A stretch of 64,000 nucleotides of DNA from Octopus vulgaris (lineage: Eukaryota), in the NCBI GenBank assembly GCA_951406725.2, contig OX597825.1:10788001-10852000 (forward strand), read 5' to 3'. A model generated the notes under the pieces. The model searched no databases, was not told the origin of the DNA, and saw only the letters and a list, made by a program, of their open reading frames with translations. Shown one piece after another: positions 12,907-25,951 of this stretch; positions within the stretch are counted from its first letter, which is position 1, and every line of letters starts with the position of its first letter. Both the position numbers and the translations under genes were made by a program.

Positions 12907-15900
12907 TGGGAATCAATAAACACATATAGTATGCTCCAGTGTTCTGGAATTACTGGATTTAATTTGCATGCAAACACATTGGCTACTCATTTCTCTGGAA
13001 TTGGTCAAGTAATGTAGATATCTCTGCAAAGACTCCAATAAGGATTGGATATAGATTCAAGGCTGTTCCTTGAATCTACAGAGAAATAGGTAAATTGGAC
13101 ATGTTGGTATGTCTGGCCTCATAAAACCCTCACCAGCAACGATGACTACCCAAACAGACCCATGGGTTGGGCGTTGTTGCCTGAATGGTGCAAAGATGTC
13201 ATCGGAACAGGTGTAGGGAATCCAGCCAACGGTGGGTGCAGCGATGCACTGTTACAGAGCATGCCCCCTGCACCACCACCACCACTACCACCACCACTAC
13301 TAGGTTTTACAAACACAAGCGCACACACACATGCACCAGGCTCCAGTCTGATCTGGCAAGGTTTCTACAGCTGGATGCCCTTCCTAATGCCAACCACTCC
13401 GAGAAAGAAGTGGGTGCTTTTTACATGCCACCAGCAGGGTGGGCCTGGCATCGATCACGTTCGGATTGTGCTTTTTACGTGCCACTGGCACAAGGAGCCA
13501 GTCAGGGGGCACTGGCATCGGCCATGTTCAGATGGTGCATATATATCAGTGATGCTTGATAAATTAAGAAAGTTAAACAATAGCGAGCGACCAAATGGTT
13601 AGTGTGTTGCATTCATAACCATCAGATTGGTGGTTCAATTCCTGGACTGAGTAGTACATGTTGCGTTCTTGAGCAAAACGCTTCATTCCATGTTGCTCCA
13701 GTGCTGTTTGGTTACTCTCTTTCTGTTGCTAAGAAACTCCATTAAGAGGTTGCTCAGCAACAACATTACTAGTGGCAACGATAATAACAAGAGCCAACAA
13801 GATGCTATTACATGGTCTATTAGTTTACTAGAAATAACAGCCAAAATTTCCTTCAAGTCACATTCTACTGTCTGGAGGAAAGAGGAACACATTAGATAAA
13901 GTGATCTTGGGTGCATAGTATACAGAAATAAACAGGATGGTCACAGATGGAATTTCACAATGAGAACAGAAAGAATAGATGTCTTACCAAGAGGGGATTT
14001 TGCAGAGGGTTCACTTTCCAGGGCAGCTATGTATTCATGATAAATATCACTGACTATGAAAGATGAATAATGTTCTTTTTCTAACAGTTGGTAAACCTGG
14101 GTCTGGCCATCGGCAAAACCATCCAGTCCCTGCAAACAGAGAGAATAGAAAAAAAACTGTAGAGCAGTGGTTGTAGCAGGTGGGGTCTGTGAACTAAATT
14201 CAAAATTTCACACACACACACACACACACAAAGATAAGCATATTAAAAGGGATCAGTGGGAAAACTCATTTAAATAAAAGGGGCCCATGGTAGTGAAAAG
14301 GTTGGGAACCACTGCTCCTAACCCTACCTCCCTAAATGGCATGTTTAGGTGAAATGATATTACTGCTATATATTCCTTATGCAATATATATATATATATT
14401 TACGCCACCTCGACTGGCTTCTGTGCCGGTGGCACATAAAAAGCACCATCCGAACGTGGCCCATGCCAGCGCCGCCTTGGCTGGCTTCCGGTGGTACGTT
14501 AAAAGCACCAACCGATCGTGGCCGATGCCAGACTCCCCTGGCACCTGTGCAGGTGACAAAATAACAACCACAACTCATGAAGGTTGGCGTTAGGAAGGGC
14601 ATCCAGCTGTAGAAACACTGCCAGATCAGACTGGAGCCTGGTGCAGCCTCCTGGCTTCCCGGACCCCGGTTGAACCGTCCAACCCATGCCAGCATGGAAA
14701 ACAGACGTTAAACGATGACGATGATGGTGTAGAATCTGCCCTTCACTAGGAGAGAGAAACCTTTTGTTGCCAGCTGAGGTAAAAGCTCCTTGAACTTTTA
14801 GCACACCAGTCTTACTTTACCAACTGAGCTTTCTGAACATCCACCTCCAAAGTTAATTAAGTGACCTGAGTAACAAAACATAATTCTAGGGAGCCTTCCC
14901 AGCTTTGAAGGGACATCTACTGTCACCACCAATGCCAGTCTGAAGCCAGATTACTTTCTCTGTGGAAGTTAAGTCTTGTCTCATTTCCTGTTAACTAAAA
15001 CTTTAGTCTTTGCTAGGTTTAATCTCTTACTCTTTACTCTTTTACTTGTTTCAGTCATTTGACTGCGGCCATGCTGGAGCACCGCCTTTAGTCGAGCAAA
15101 TCGACCTCGGGACTTATTCTTTGTAAGCCCAGTACTTATTCTATCGGTCTCTTTTGCCGAACCGCTAAGTGACGGGGACATAAACACACCAGCATCGGTT
15201 GTCAAGCAATGCTAGGGGGACAAACACAGACACACAAACACACACATATATATACACACACACACACAATGGGCTTCTTTCAGTTTCCGTCTACCAAATC
15301 CACTCACAAAGCTTTGGTTGGCCCGAGGCTATAGTAGAAGATACTTGCCCAAGGTGCCACGCAGTGGGACTGAACCCGGAACCATGTGGTTGGTAAGCAA
15401 GCTACTTACCACACAGCCACTCCTGCGCCTATCTGAGACCTCTAAAATCTAAAGTTTGCTTCCAAGTTTGGAATTTCTTTTGTAGACCTTTGACCAAATC
15501 AGCTATGAGGACCAAGTCATCAGAATATAGAAGTTTCCACAGACAACTGAGTTATCTTTTAATATTGGATCAAGATAGAACCGCTCATACAGCAGTCTTG
15601 TTTTAACCAATTCCAGCACCACAACAATAAAAAAGTTATCTCAATATGAAGAAATAAATGGAAGAAAGAATAAAGTAAACAGACTTACTGTGTCTCCAAG
15701 AACAAACGATTCCATCATCTTAATGATCTTCTTTTCCAAAATAATACTGTTGTTAGATGAAGAGAAGTATTGTTGTAAGATCTGACATGCTTTCGTCCGT
15801 TGTTCATCCTGTAAAATAAAGATTTCTTTTTTTGACTAAACAAACTCAAATCATCGAAAATGAATGATTTTTTATGGAAATCTTAGATATTTTTTTCTTA

Positions 15901-18900
15901 CTGCAACTTAAATTATTTATTTAACATTTTTGCTTCCACAATATTACAATTACAACTTTTACCTTTCTTGCAACTTATGAAGATCAAGTAAATTAAAAAT
16001 TTTTGCACGAGGCCAACAATTTCAGTGCCATTAAACTATCAGCCTTGAAAACTTCTCTATTTGTTAAGCAAAGACAAAACAGTAGATGACGTTTCATCAA
16101 CCGAAATTTGCTCTGGTATGGGAATTAGCATAGAGTGTTAAATTCACAAAAAGAAAAGAATGAGCTACAAAGAAAGTATCGATGCCACCCTCGGCAACGA
16201 TGCTGAGCTAAGAAGAGAAAGGTTGTCAGTGATAGATAGATAGATATCTTTAACATATTTTTCCTATAATTTTTTTATAAACATAATAAAAGTAAATTTA
16301 AGGGAAATAAATGGTTGCTACAGTTTGTCTTCTTATTTTGCATACACATATACCTGTATTATTCCGTTTTTGGCATTTTGAAGTGTTATTAGAACTTTTA
16401 AGGGGGCGGCCAAATAAACACCCGCCCAACATGGCATTTGTGCCAGGTACGCCACTGAATGACATTTGACCATAATATTATTTCTACCTACCTTAGCAAT
16501 TTGCTTTAACTCTTCAACATCATTCCAGAACCTACAAAATTAAAACAATATGGCATATTAATACAATATTATTTTGTGGGTTAGAGTAAAGAAAAACGCA
16601 GACACAACAACAGCATTAGCATTTTAATATTCACATTTCCAAGCTAGCAGGAATTGGATGGAATTTATTGAGGCAGATTTTCTATGGCTGGATGTCCTTC
16701 CTGCAACTGACCTTCATTTGTTTCCACACAAAGTAATATTTCCCCATGGTTGGACATGTTCTTGCAGAATACAGGAAGTGAATGACAGACATTCATTTAT
16801 AACTATTATAAAATGTCAAGATAAGGAGACATAAACAGAACAGTGGGACTGAACACAAAACCATGTGCTTGGGAAGCAAATGTCTTGACCACACAACCAA
16901 GCCTATGTAATGTAATTTTAATGGCTATTTTGTGATTCTTGAGTGGGAAAGTAGGTTGAGGGAAGGCAGCCTTTTCCAACACAGCTAGCACCAGTAAACC
17001 TGGTCCTTTGTCATCTCCTTAATAAGGTGTAACAGCTTCAGATCTGTCTTCACCATTTTGCAGCAAGTCTTCCTCAGTCTTTCTCTTCCACAGATTCCAT
17101 TTACTTTGAACACACACCATATTTTTATACAGCAGTCCTCCATCTCCAGAGATCTCCTCACATGCCCTCCTCTCTTACATCTGGTTCCTCCTCTCTTACA
17201 TCTGGTTCCTCCTCTCTTACGTCTGGTTCCTCCTCTCTTACATCTAGTTCCTCCTCTCTTACATCTGGTTCCTCCTCTCTTACATCTGGTTCCTCCTCTA
17301 TTACATCTAGTTCCTCCTCTCTTACATCTGGTTCCTCCTCTCTTACATCTGGTTCCTCCTCTCTTACGTCTGGTTCTCCTTATGTTTAGTTTGTCTCTCA
17401 GTTCATTTGAGCTTTGTTGTTCACACACACCAGCATTAAACATCTTCTAGTGGAACATGCTCTCTTCATTTCTTTCTACCTTTCACAGATCCTCTGTGTT
17501 CAAGGACCATGTCCTACCATGCAGTAGTGCATTCTGCACACAAGCATCATACCATCTATTCTTTACTTCAAGAGAGAAGCCCTTTGTTACTGGCAGAGTT
17601 AACAGCTCCTTGAACTTTCCCCCAACCAGTTCTTGTTTTAATTACTATATTCTCAGAACACTTGCCTCCACAACTAATTAGGCCTCCCAAGTAACAGAAA
17701 CTATCAACTACTTCTAGAGAACCATCTGGTCATTGGATAATACGTGAAGTATATCTTCTCTGTTAACCTACTTGTTGTCCCATTTCATCTGTATCCACAC
17801 TTTACACTGGGTACACCTTACAGAATGCCTTACCTACACTTACACTAATATCAAGCAAGAATAATTTTTTTAATGGAAACAGGGTCCCCTTTTCTATGTA
17901 CTTATTTCTTTTATGCATATGTGTGTGTGTGTGTGTGTGTGTGTACACACTTACTGAGCTACAAGCAGTGACATTTTTGTTATTTTACCTATCAAAAAAA
18001 TTCATCCGCTTATTTGCACTTTCAAAGTGTATAATAAAACATCCCTTGAAAAACAGCTAAGGATTAGTGACAGAAAGGGCATCTGGTTGTAAAACAATGC
18101 CTTAACCCTTTAGTATTTAAACCGACCATATCCAGCTAAAACTGACCAGATCCAGGCTCTCACACCTACCCTACAATGCTATTATACATTAAGTAATTGC
18201 ACCATCAAGATCTTGAAGATATGAGATAATGCATGATTAATTCAAATCAATGTGAATCAATAAGTATTACGTTTGATAGAATAATCTGAACACCAAAGGG
18301 TTAAAATCATATCCATCTAACCCATGCTAGCAAGGGAAAACAGACATAAAAGCAAGTGAATATCTTTGAACATTAGAGACAACAATAAGCACTCCATTAG
18401 TTCCTTCTCTCTTCTCCCAGCAGCTTATACCTGTGTAAAGGGAACTGGTCGCTTCTTTACACTTTTGGGGTGCAACTTGGGTGCAGCACAATTTCCTTTC
18501 TTTTTGTTTCTAGAAACTACCAGTCGGTAACAAAACGCAACTTTAAAAATATATACGATTCTTTATTCTCTTATTCACAAATGAAGCACGATGGTATACT
18601 GGTATCCACCTAGTTCAACACAGCAAGGCTGAATTCTAACGTTTGTAAGATTCTTACAACAATTCAGCAGCAACAGAGCAGGTCAAATCCTAAGCGTCTA
18701 GGACAGGAGAATAGGCTGATCTCACGTTTAAAAATACGTCCTTTCTCTTCTGTAGCCGTGTCTCAAGTCAACGACGCTATTAAGGAACGTGATAGAATTT
18801 CTTCCCCAGTCTCTAGTGCATGTGCAAACTTCCTTATGCCTTTCCAGAAGGTTCCAACCCTGCACACGCACACTGAAGAATGACATTGTGTGTGCGCACA

Positions 18901-21900
18901 CTGGAATATGACGTCACTACACCTGCAAAGTGGATGCAATAATATATTTTTTTAATAGACAATTAAAAATGATTGATACTTACTCAAGAAGTGCATGGGT
19001 GTTGTTTCGACGAAGGAACTTGAGAAAGAAAAGTCTTAGTTCTGGTGTGTCCATCACGGTTTTCACCGAAATAATCTGTGGAAAGGAAAGAAAAGACAAA
19101 AAGAATGGAAAAAACATTTCTGATTCTTAACATTTTTCTGGGTTCCTTAACATCCAATATATAAATCCCATGTGTACAGTCACATGTACAACTATTACTA
19201 CATGAGTTAGAGCTCCATGTAGATTATCCTTATCCAGTCAGCTTCCATCATAGTGGTTAGCCAACCACTGCTCTTTGTAGTGTTACTAGTTATGGACTTC
19301 AGATATTAGATCTCTGTAAGAGAATGCAATAAAGTGTTTCCCTGATGACCCATTGTGGTTAGGGATCCAAATGCATTCGGAACATCCACTGCAATGGTGA
19401 ACCTAATGTAGAAACTATTAATTTATATTATTTACATTATTTACATTTGACGGATATTTGTCCTCATCTTGTTTGTTGTTAACACAACATTTCGGGTGAT
19501 ATACTCTCCAGCATTCATCAAATGTCTTGGGGAAATTTCAAACCTGGGTCCTCATTCTTAAGGTATTTTTCAATGTTGTTGTTGTTGTTCTTCTTCTTCT
19601 TCTTCTTATTATTATTATTATTATTATTATTATCCATTATTATTATTTTATTCATATTATTAATTTGTACTTGTGTTTATCTTAATTTTCCAATACACAC
19701 ACACACACACAAACACACATGCAAACACACACACATGTGTGTGCACGCACACACACACACAAACACATTCATATGCTGGTGCCATGTATAAAGCACCCAT
19801 GCTGGTTCCACATATAAAACACTGGTGCTGGTGCCAGGTAAAAAGCACCCAGTACACTCTGTAGAGTTGTTGGCATTTGGAAGGGCATTCAGCCAAAACA
19901 GACAACTGAAGCCTCCTGCAGCTCCCTGGATTGCCAGCTCCTATCAAACTGTCTAACTTGTGTTAACACAGAAAATGAACATTAAATAATGATGATGATG
20001 ATGATGATGATGATGTGAACCATAACAAGACTTACTTTCTGACCAGGAAGAGTTAATTCTTCATTGACACTTCCTTCCCCATAACATTTATAGTCAGGGC
20101 CTCCAATGGCGTGAATCCTCTTCTCACAAGTCGTCTTAGCAACAGTTAACTGAAAAGAAAAATAGGAGATATAGAACTAAAACGTTTTTAGTGTGTGCTT
20201 ATATAATTTTTAAGGCAACCTGTTGAAGAAGGTGGTAACTTCTGATATAGAATAAAAAGGGTATCTTCACTACCCTTGTAAACAACCACCCTCTACCAGT
20301 GCAAAGATAAAAACATACCCAATTTACATTGTAAAACAGCTGATGAGAGGAAGGGCATCCAGCCATAAAGTCCATGTCAAAAATACCAACACACAGGCAT
20401 AGACGTGGTTGCTTGGATAAAAAGTTTGCATCCCAACCCACATGGTTTCAGTTCAATCTCACTTCAAGGAACCTGACCATAGAAAATCCACCCCAATAAA
20501 GTCTATCTGAACCACGCTTGCATGGAAAAGTGAACGCTACAATGATGACGATGGCAACATAATTGGCTGGTTTTTCTTTGTTGTTGTGTATAGGAGATGG
20601 AGAAGGCCAACAGTAGGTGAGGAAATGTCATGAGACCAGTGCAACCCATGCTAGCATTGAAAGATGGATATAAAATAATGCCAAGTTGACCTATGTAGAG
20701 TTTGAACCCAAAAAGTAAAGGGACATAACCAAATATTTCTCCGAAGTATTTTGTCCAACACTCTACTGATTCTGCCATGATTAAAATGCTAAGTCAAATT
20801 CCTTACTTGGTTGATGTATATCTTCAAATTCCTGGCTTTCAAAAGATCTCCTTTTGCCATACTCTTTGGTACATGAGCTTTAGCTGAAGAAAAGAAAAAA
20901 CAAAAATAAGTATAACGAGTCTACTTGTCCAAGTTTTACTGTGTCATTGGTGCCAAGATTAATTTTCTAGAGTTTGAAGAATCTTGTGAATGTTTTATCT
21001 CCAGAAGTTATTGTGAATATATATTTTTAGATAACATTTTAATTCTAGAGATTAATTTTTGCTTAAAAATATATTTCTGGTTTACAACTAGTAAGTAGTG
21101 CAACTATTCTATCAGCTCAGTCAATTGTGATCCCCAACAGAGTTTAAAAAGATGAAAAAAAAAAGTAATTAAGGTATTTACCTGTGCTGATTCCTTGTGA
21201 TTTCTTCCAGTTGTTAATAGTTGTAGCTTGCAGAATTTCACTTATGATATTATATCTACAAAAATCAATAAATCAGTATTATATATTTTGTTTATCTCAT
21301 GTAAGTCTTTGTAGAAATAAAGTGGTACAGTAGAAGAGGTATTTGGCTACCAGCCTATGCAACATACTATTCTATGTAACTGTCTGACTTTATGCTAACA
21401 AATAAAAAAATACACTGAAGCTAAAACTTTGATAATGGTGATGATTATAATAATCATCTTTAATGGAATATCTTATGTGTTCTTTCATAAAGGCTGAAGA
21501 AGAACAGAACTCGTGGCATTAGCAGGCAGCCTTCCCCAGATTGATGAGGTCAATGCAGCTACTGTTCAGTTTGAGCAGGGAAAATGTGGATAGGAAGACA
21601 ATTCTAGGGGATTGTAGCTCTGGGAAGGGACAGTAGAGAAAAGTGTTTGTTGTAGGATCAGTGAAGAGGGACACACTAGTAATAATGAGAGAAAGAGTGA
21701 GCATCTCTATTAAACGCACAGCACAAAAAAAAACACAGGTGGATGAGAAAACAAGAGAACAACTAATTGTTTTTCTTACCGAAGTTGTTTGAGGCATTCA
21801 ATGTCTTCACAGTTTTGAATCATTTTGACAAACTCTTCATATGTGGCAGCGTAAGAATAGGTTTTCCTGGTGTCTTCGGACAACTTGGCACGGTAACTTA

Positions 21901-24312
21901 AGTAGGAGCGCAGTTGTTCATTGATAAATTCCGGATCACATAACAGATCAATGGCAGGCTTCAGAACTAGAAGATGAGACAGCAAAAATAAATTTATCCA
22001 ACAACAACAGCAAAAACAGCAGCAGCTGCCGCCACCATGACGACGACAATGTCCTTCATTAAACAGACTCCAAAAATGAAATTGACAGTATACAACCATT
22101 CTATCGCCCCACCACCGTCCATATCTCAATGAGATATTTAGAAATTTAATATTTCTGATTTTGGTGATCAGTGAATAAACTTCACTGAAAATTAGATATA
22201 TATATTTACGAAGTCTAGACAGATATCTTCAGCTAGCAGGCTTCTGCTACTCTAGACCGATGATGGGCAAAGACCTAGAAACATGCGTGTCTCTAGATGC
22301 AGGCCTAGCTGTTGGGGGTATTTGTCTCCCCTTCGTAAATATATAAGGACACAGTAAGTGTGTCGAAGCCGACAGGAAGCGTCGATGCTTCCTAGGGCTA
22401 AACAGCGGTGGTGTAATCCCCTACTGTCACGTTAAATTGACAGTATACAACCATTCTACTTTAGATTGTTATCTGAATAAGTCCAACTATTTCTACCTCA
22501 CACATAAACATATATAAAGACACAGTTATGGCGTAGATAAGCTGTTTATTAAAAAGAAATTTGCATCCAAAATGCTTTTAAATCCTGACAAAAAGAACAA
22601 TAAAATCCCCTTATATCTGCTTCCAGTCCTCAATAGATTACAAAGTCACATGATTAAATATAATAAAAAGAAAATTAATTAAAACATTTATTTTTCTAAA
22701 CTGGAATGAAATGGAAAAAGTTCATCAGTAAATTATTTTGTTCGTTTTTAAATCTAAGCAGGGGGCTTCTTGTAATATTGATAAGTGAAAAAAATCAAAG
22801 AGAAGCAGTGTCTATATAGTCATTCAATCTGCAAGAAATAGCAGTGAAATTTCTCACAAATTAGATCTTGATGTCTTAAAATGGGAATGGAGCATTCATT
22901 AGCCACTACACACATTTTTTTCTCTCCTTGTTTTTTTATCTGTGTACCTTTCTGTAGAAGAGCGTAGGCTTGAAACGTAAAAGACTTTTTCTATTCCTGA
23001 GCGCTATACTAATACATCTGTTTGTTTTGTACACCACTTGCCTTCGTCTTTTTCCCTTTATATATCATATATATATATATATATATATATATGCCATATA
23101 ATGTATATCAGCCACAAGTTCCAGTCCTTGTCACAGTGTGGTGGCTTCTGTGCCTCAATGGCCCTGAGAGCTATGCCAGCAGAGTGCCAGCACCTGATAT
23201 CCAATGTGTCATTCCTTTTAAGATCATACTATATCACTTGAAAGAAATTTGACTGCTATTTCTAGCCAGTCGAGTGACCATATAACAAGTTGTCATCCTG
23301 ATCCCAGGTATTGAGTAGTGCATTAATTAAAAATTAAACTTTGGTAAGATGCTGAAAACAAAGGGAAGCTTACCAGACACAGTGAAAATCTCCCTGAGTA
23401 AATGTCGAACGATATCACAATGAGCATAGTTTGTAGGTAGAAGCACAAACATTACAGAATTGGTTAGAAATCTAAGGAATTCTTTCTCCTTTTCTTCATT
23501 CTCCAACCAGGGATAAATTGTGTATTTGTGATTGGCTGATGATTCCTTTGACCTAACAGCAGCAACAGAAGAAGAAATAAAGAAACTTACAGATCTTGTC
23601 ACTTTTCTGATGATCTGTGACTTTTAAAAGGAAAATGGATTCACTGGAGTATAGAAATCTTACAATGTAATCTATTATCATCAATATTGATTTCAAAGGT
23701 GGGGAGCTGGCACAAACGTTAGCACGCCGGGTGAAATGCTTAGCAGTATTTCGTCTGTCGTTATGTTCTGAGTTCAAATTCTGCCGAGATCGACTTTGCC
23801 TTTCCTCCTTTCAGGGTCGATAAATAACGTACCCATTTCATACTGGGGTCGATGTAATCGACTTAATCTGTTTGCCTATCCTTGTTTGTCCCCTCTATGT
23901 TTAGCCCCTTGTGGGTAGTAAAGAAATAGGTATTTCGTCTGTCATTAAGTTCTGAGTTCAAATTCCGCTGAGGTCGACTTTGCCTTTCATCCTTTCAGGG
24001 TCGATAAATAAAGTACCAGTTTCGCACTGGGGTCGATGTAATCGACTTAATCCCTTTGTCTGTCCCCTCTATGTTTAGCCCCTTACGGGTAGTAAAAAAA
24101 AAAATATTATCAATATTGATTTCAAATTTTGGCACAAGGCCAACAATATCAGAGAAGGGGTATTGATTATATCGATCTCAGTGCTCAACCGATCCCAAAA
24201 GGATGAAAGGCAAAGTTGACCTCAGCAGAAATTGAACTCGGAACGTAATGACGGATGAAATGCTGCTATGTCCACTTACCAATTCCTTTTGTGAGTAAGG
24301 AAAAAGAAACAT

Positions 24313-24361
<49 letters not shown>

Positions 24362-25902
24362 TTTAACGTCCATTTTCCATGCTAGCATGGGTTGGATGAT
24401 TTTGACTGAGGGCTGGCGAACCAGATGGCTGCACCAGGCTCCAATCTTGATCTGACAGTGTTTCTACAGCTGGATGCCCTTTCCTAACGCCAACCATTCC
24501 GAGAGTGTAGTGGATGCTTTTTACGTGCCACCGACGCAGGGGCCAGACAGGCAGTACTGGCAATGACCTCGCTTGAATCTTTTTACACATGCCACCGGCA
24601 CAGGTGCCAGTAAGGGAACGCTGGTAACGGTCATGCTCGAATGATGCCCTTTTACGTGCCACCGGTACGGAAGCCAGTTAGCCGCTCTGGCAAATATGAG
24701 GGAAAGAATTACTTATCACTCATATGGCTTACTGTGTCTCTTTGATGATATTTGATTGAAAGAGCCCAAAAATGAATTGGACAAAGAAACAAATAAAAAA
24801 ATATGCAAGAAAAATACTTACGTTTTCGATGACAACCGTATCTCTTTAAAGTGATTGTGTAATGCATTAATGAGGTCCTGCGTCATGAACTTCACCATGT
24901 CAACTTTCGACAGACGAACAGACAGTTTCTCTATTACAATCCAAATGTCAGATCTGTGAGTAAGGAAAAAGAAACAAAGAATGGCCAATATAAATGGACC
25001 AATTCTGAAGATACACCTGTAGTATAAAAAAGGTATTATAAAAGGAGAAAGGGGCTCTCTATCCCACTTTTGACCAGGCTCCTGTGGCTTTTATGGGTTT
25101 TTCCATGAGTAACCTTTCGAAGCGCCTCCCCCCTATTGGGAATTTCAATTGTTATATTTTCGTTGTTTTCTCTGGAATTTTTACACGTTTTTTTTGCAAA
25201 CGGACAAAACCTTTTGTAACTTTTGTCCTGTGTTTTGTCCCTTTATGTTTTAATTTTTGTCAGCCCTTGTGGCCAATAAAAGAATTAATTATTATTATTA
25301 GACAAAAACCAAGTAGATTCCCAACGTAGATTATGCAAATCAAAAGAGGAAAGCATTACTCATACAGTAAGTGAATGTAGCATGCTGGCACAGAAAGAAT
25401 ACAAGACATGGCAATCTAAGGAGAGCAATCCACTAGAAGCTATGTAGAAAGCTAGGATTTGAACATACGGATAAAGAAATACAAGATGTTGTGGGACTTT
25501 AACATTCAGACTGACAGAGTAATAGAAGCTAGAAGGCCTGGTTTAGTAGCAGTAGATAAAGAGAATAGAAAGTGCCAGATAATTGACTTTACAGTCCCAA
25601 ATGATGAAGAAATTAATATGAGGCATATAGAAAAATAGCAAAGTCCCTGGACCTAGCTATTTAATTACAGAGACTATGGAAAGTGTAGGTAAAATGTATC
25701 CCTGTAGTTACAGGTGCATTAGGAACTATCCCTAAAGATCTGAACAGATGTATAGAGGAAATAGGCATAAAACCCAGTTTAGTACAGTTGCAGAAAACAG
25801 TGTTATTAGGGGACAGCTAGGGTACTTAGGAGGGTTTTTGGCATCTAAGGTTACTTGCTGTAGCCCGATGTTAGGATTCTTTTCTTTTCCAACAGTTGAG
25901 TG

Positions 25903-25951
<49 letters not shown>

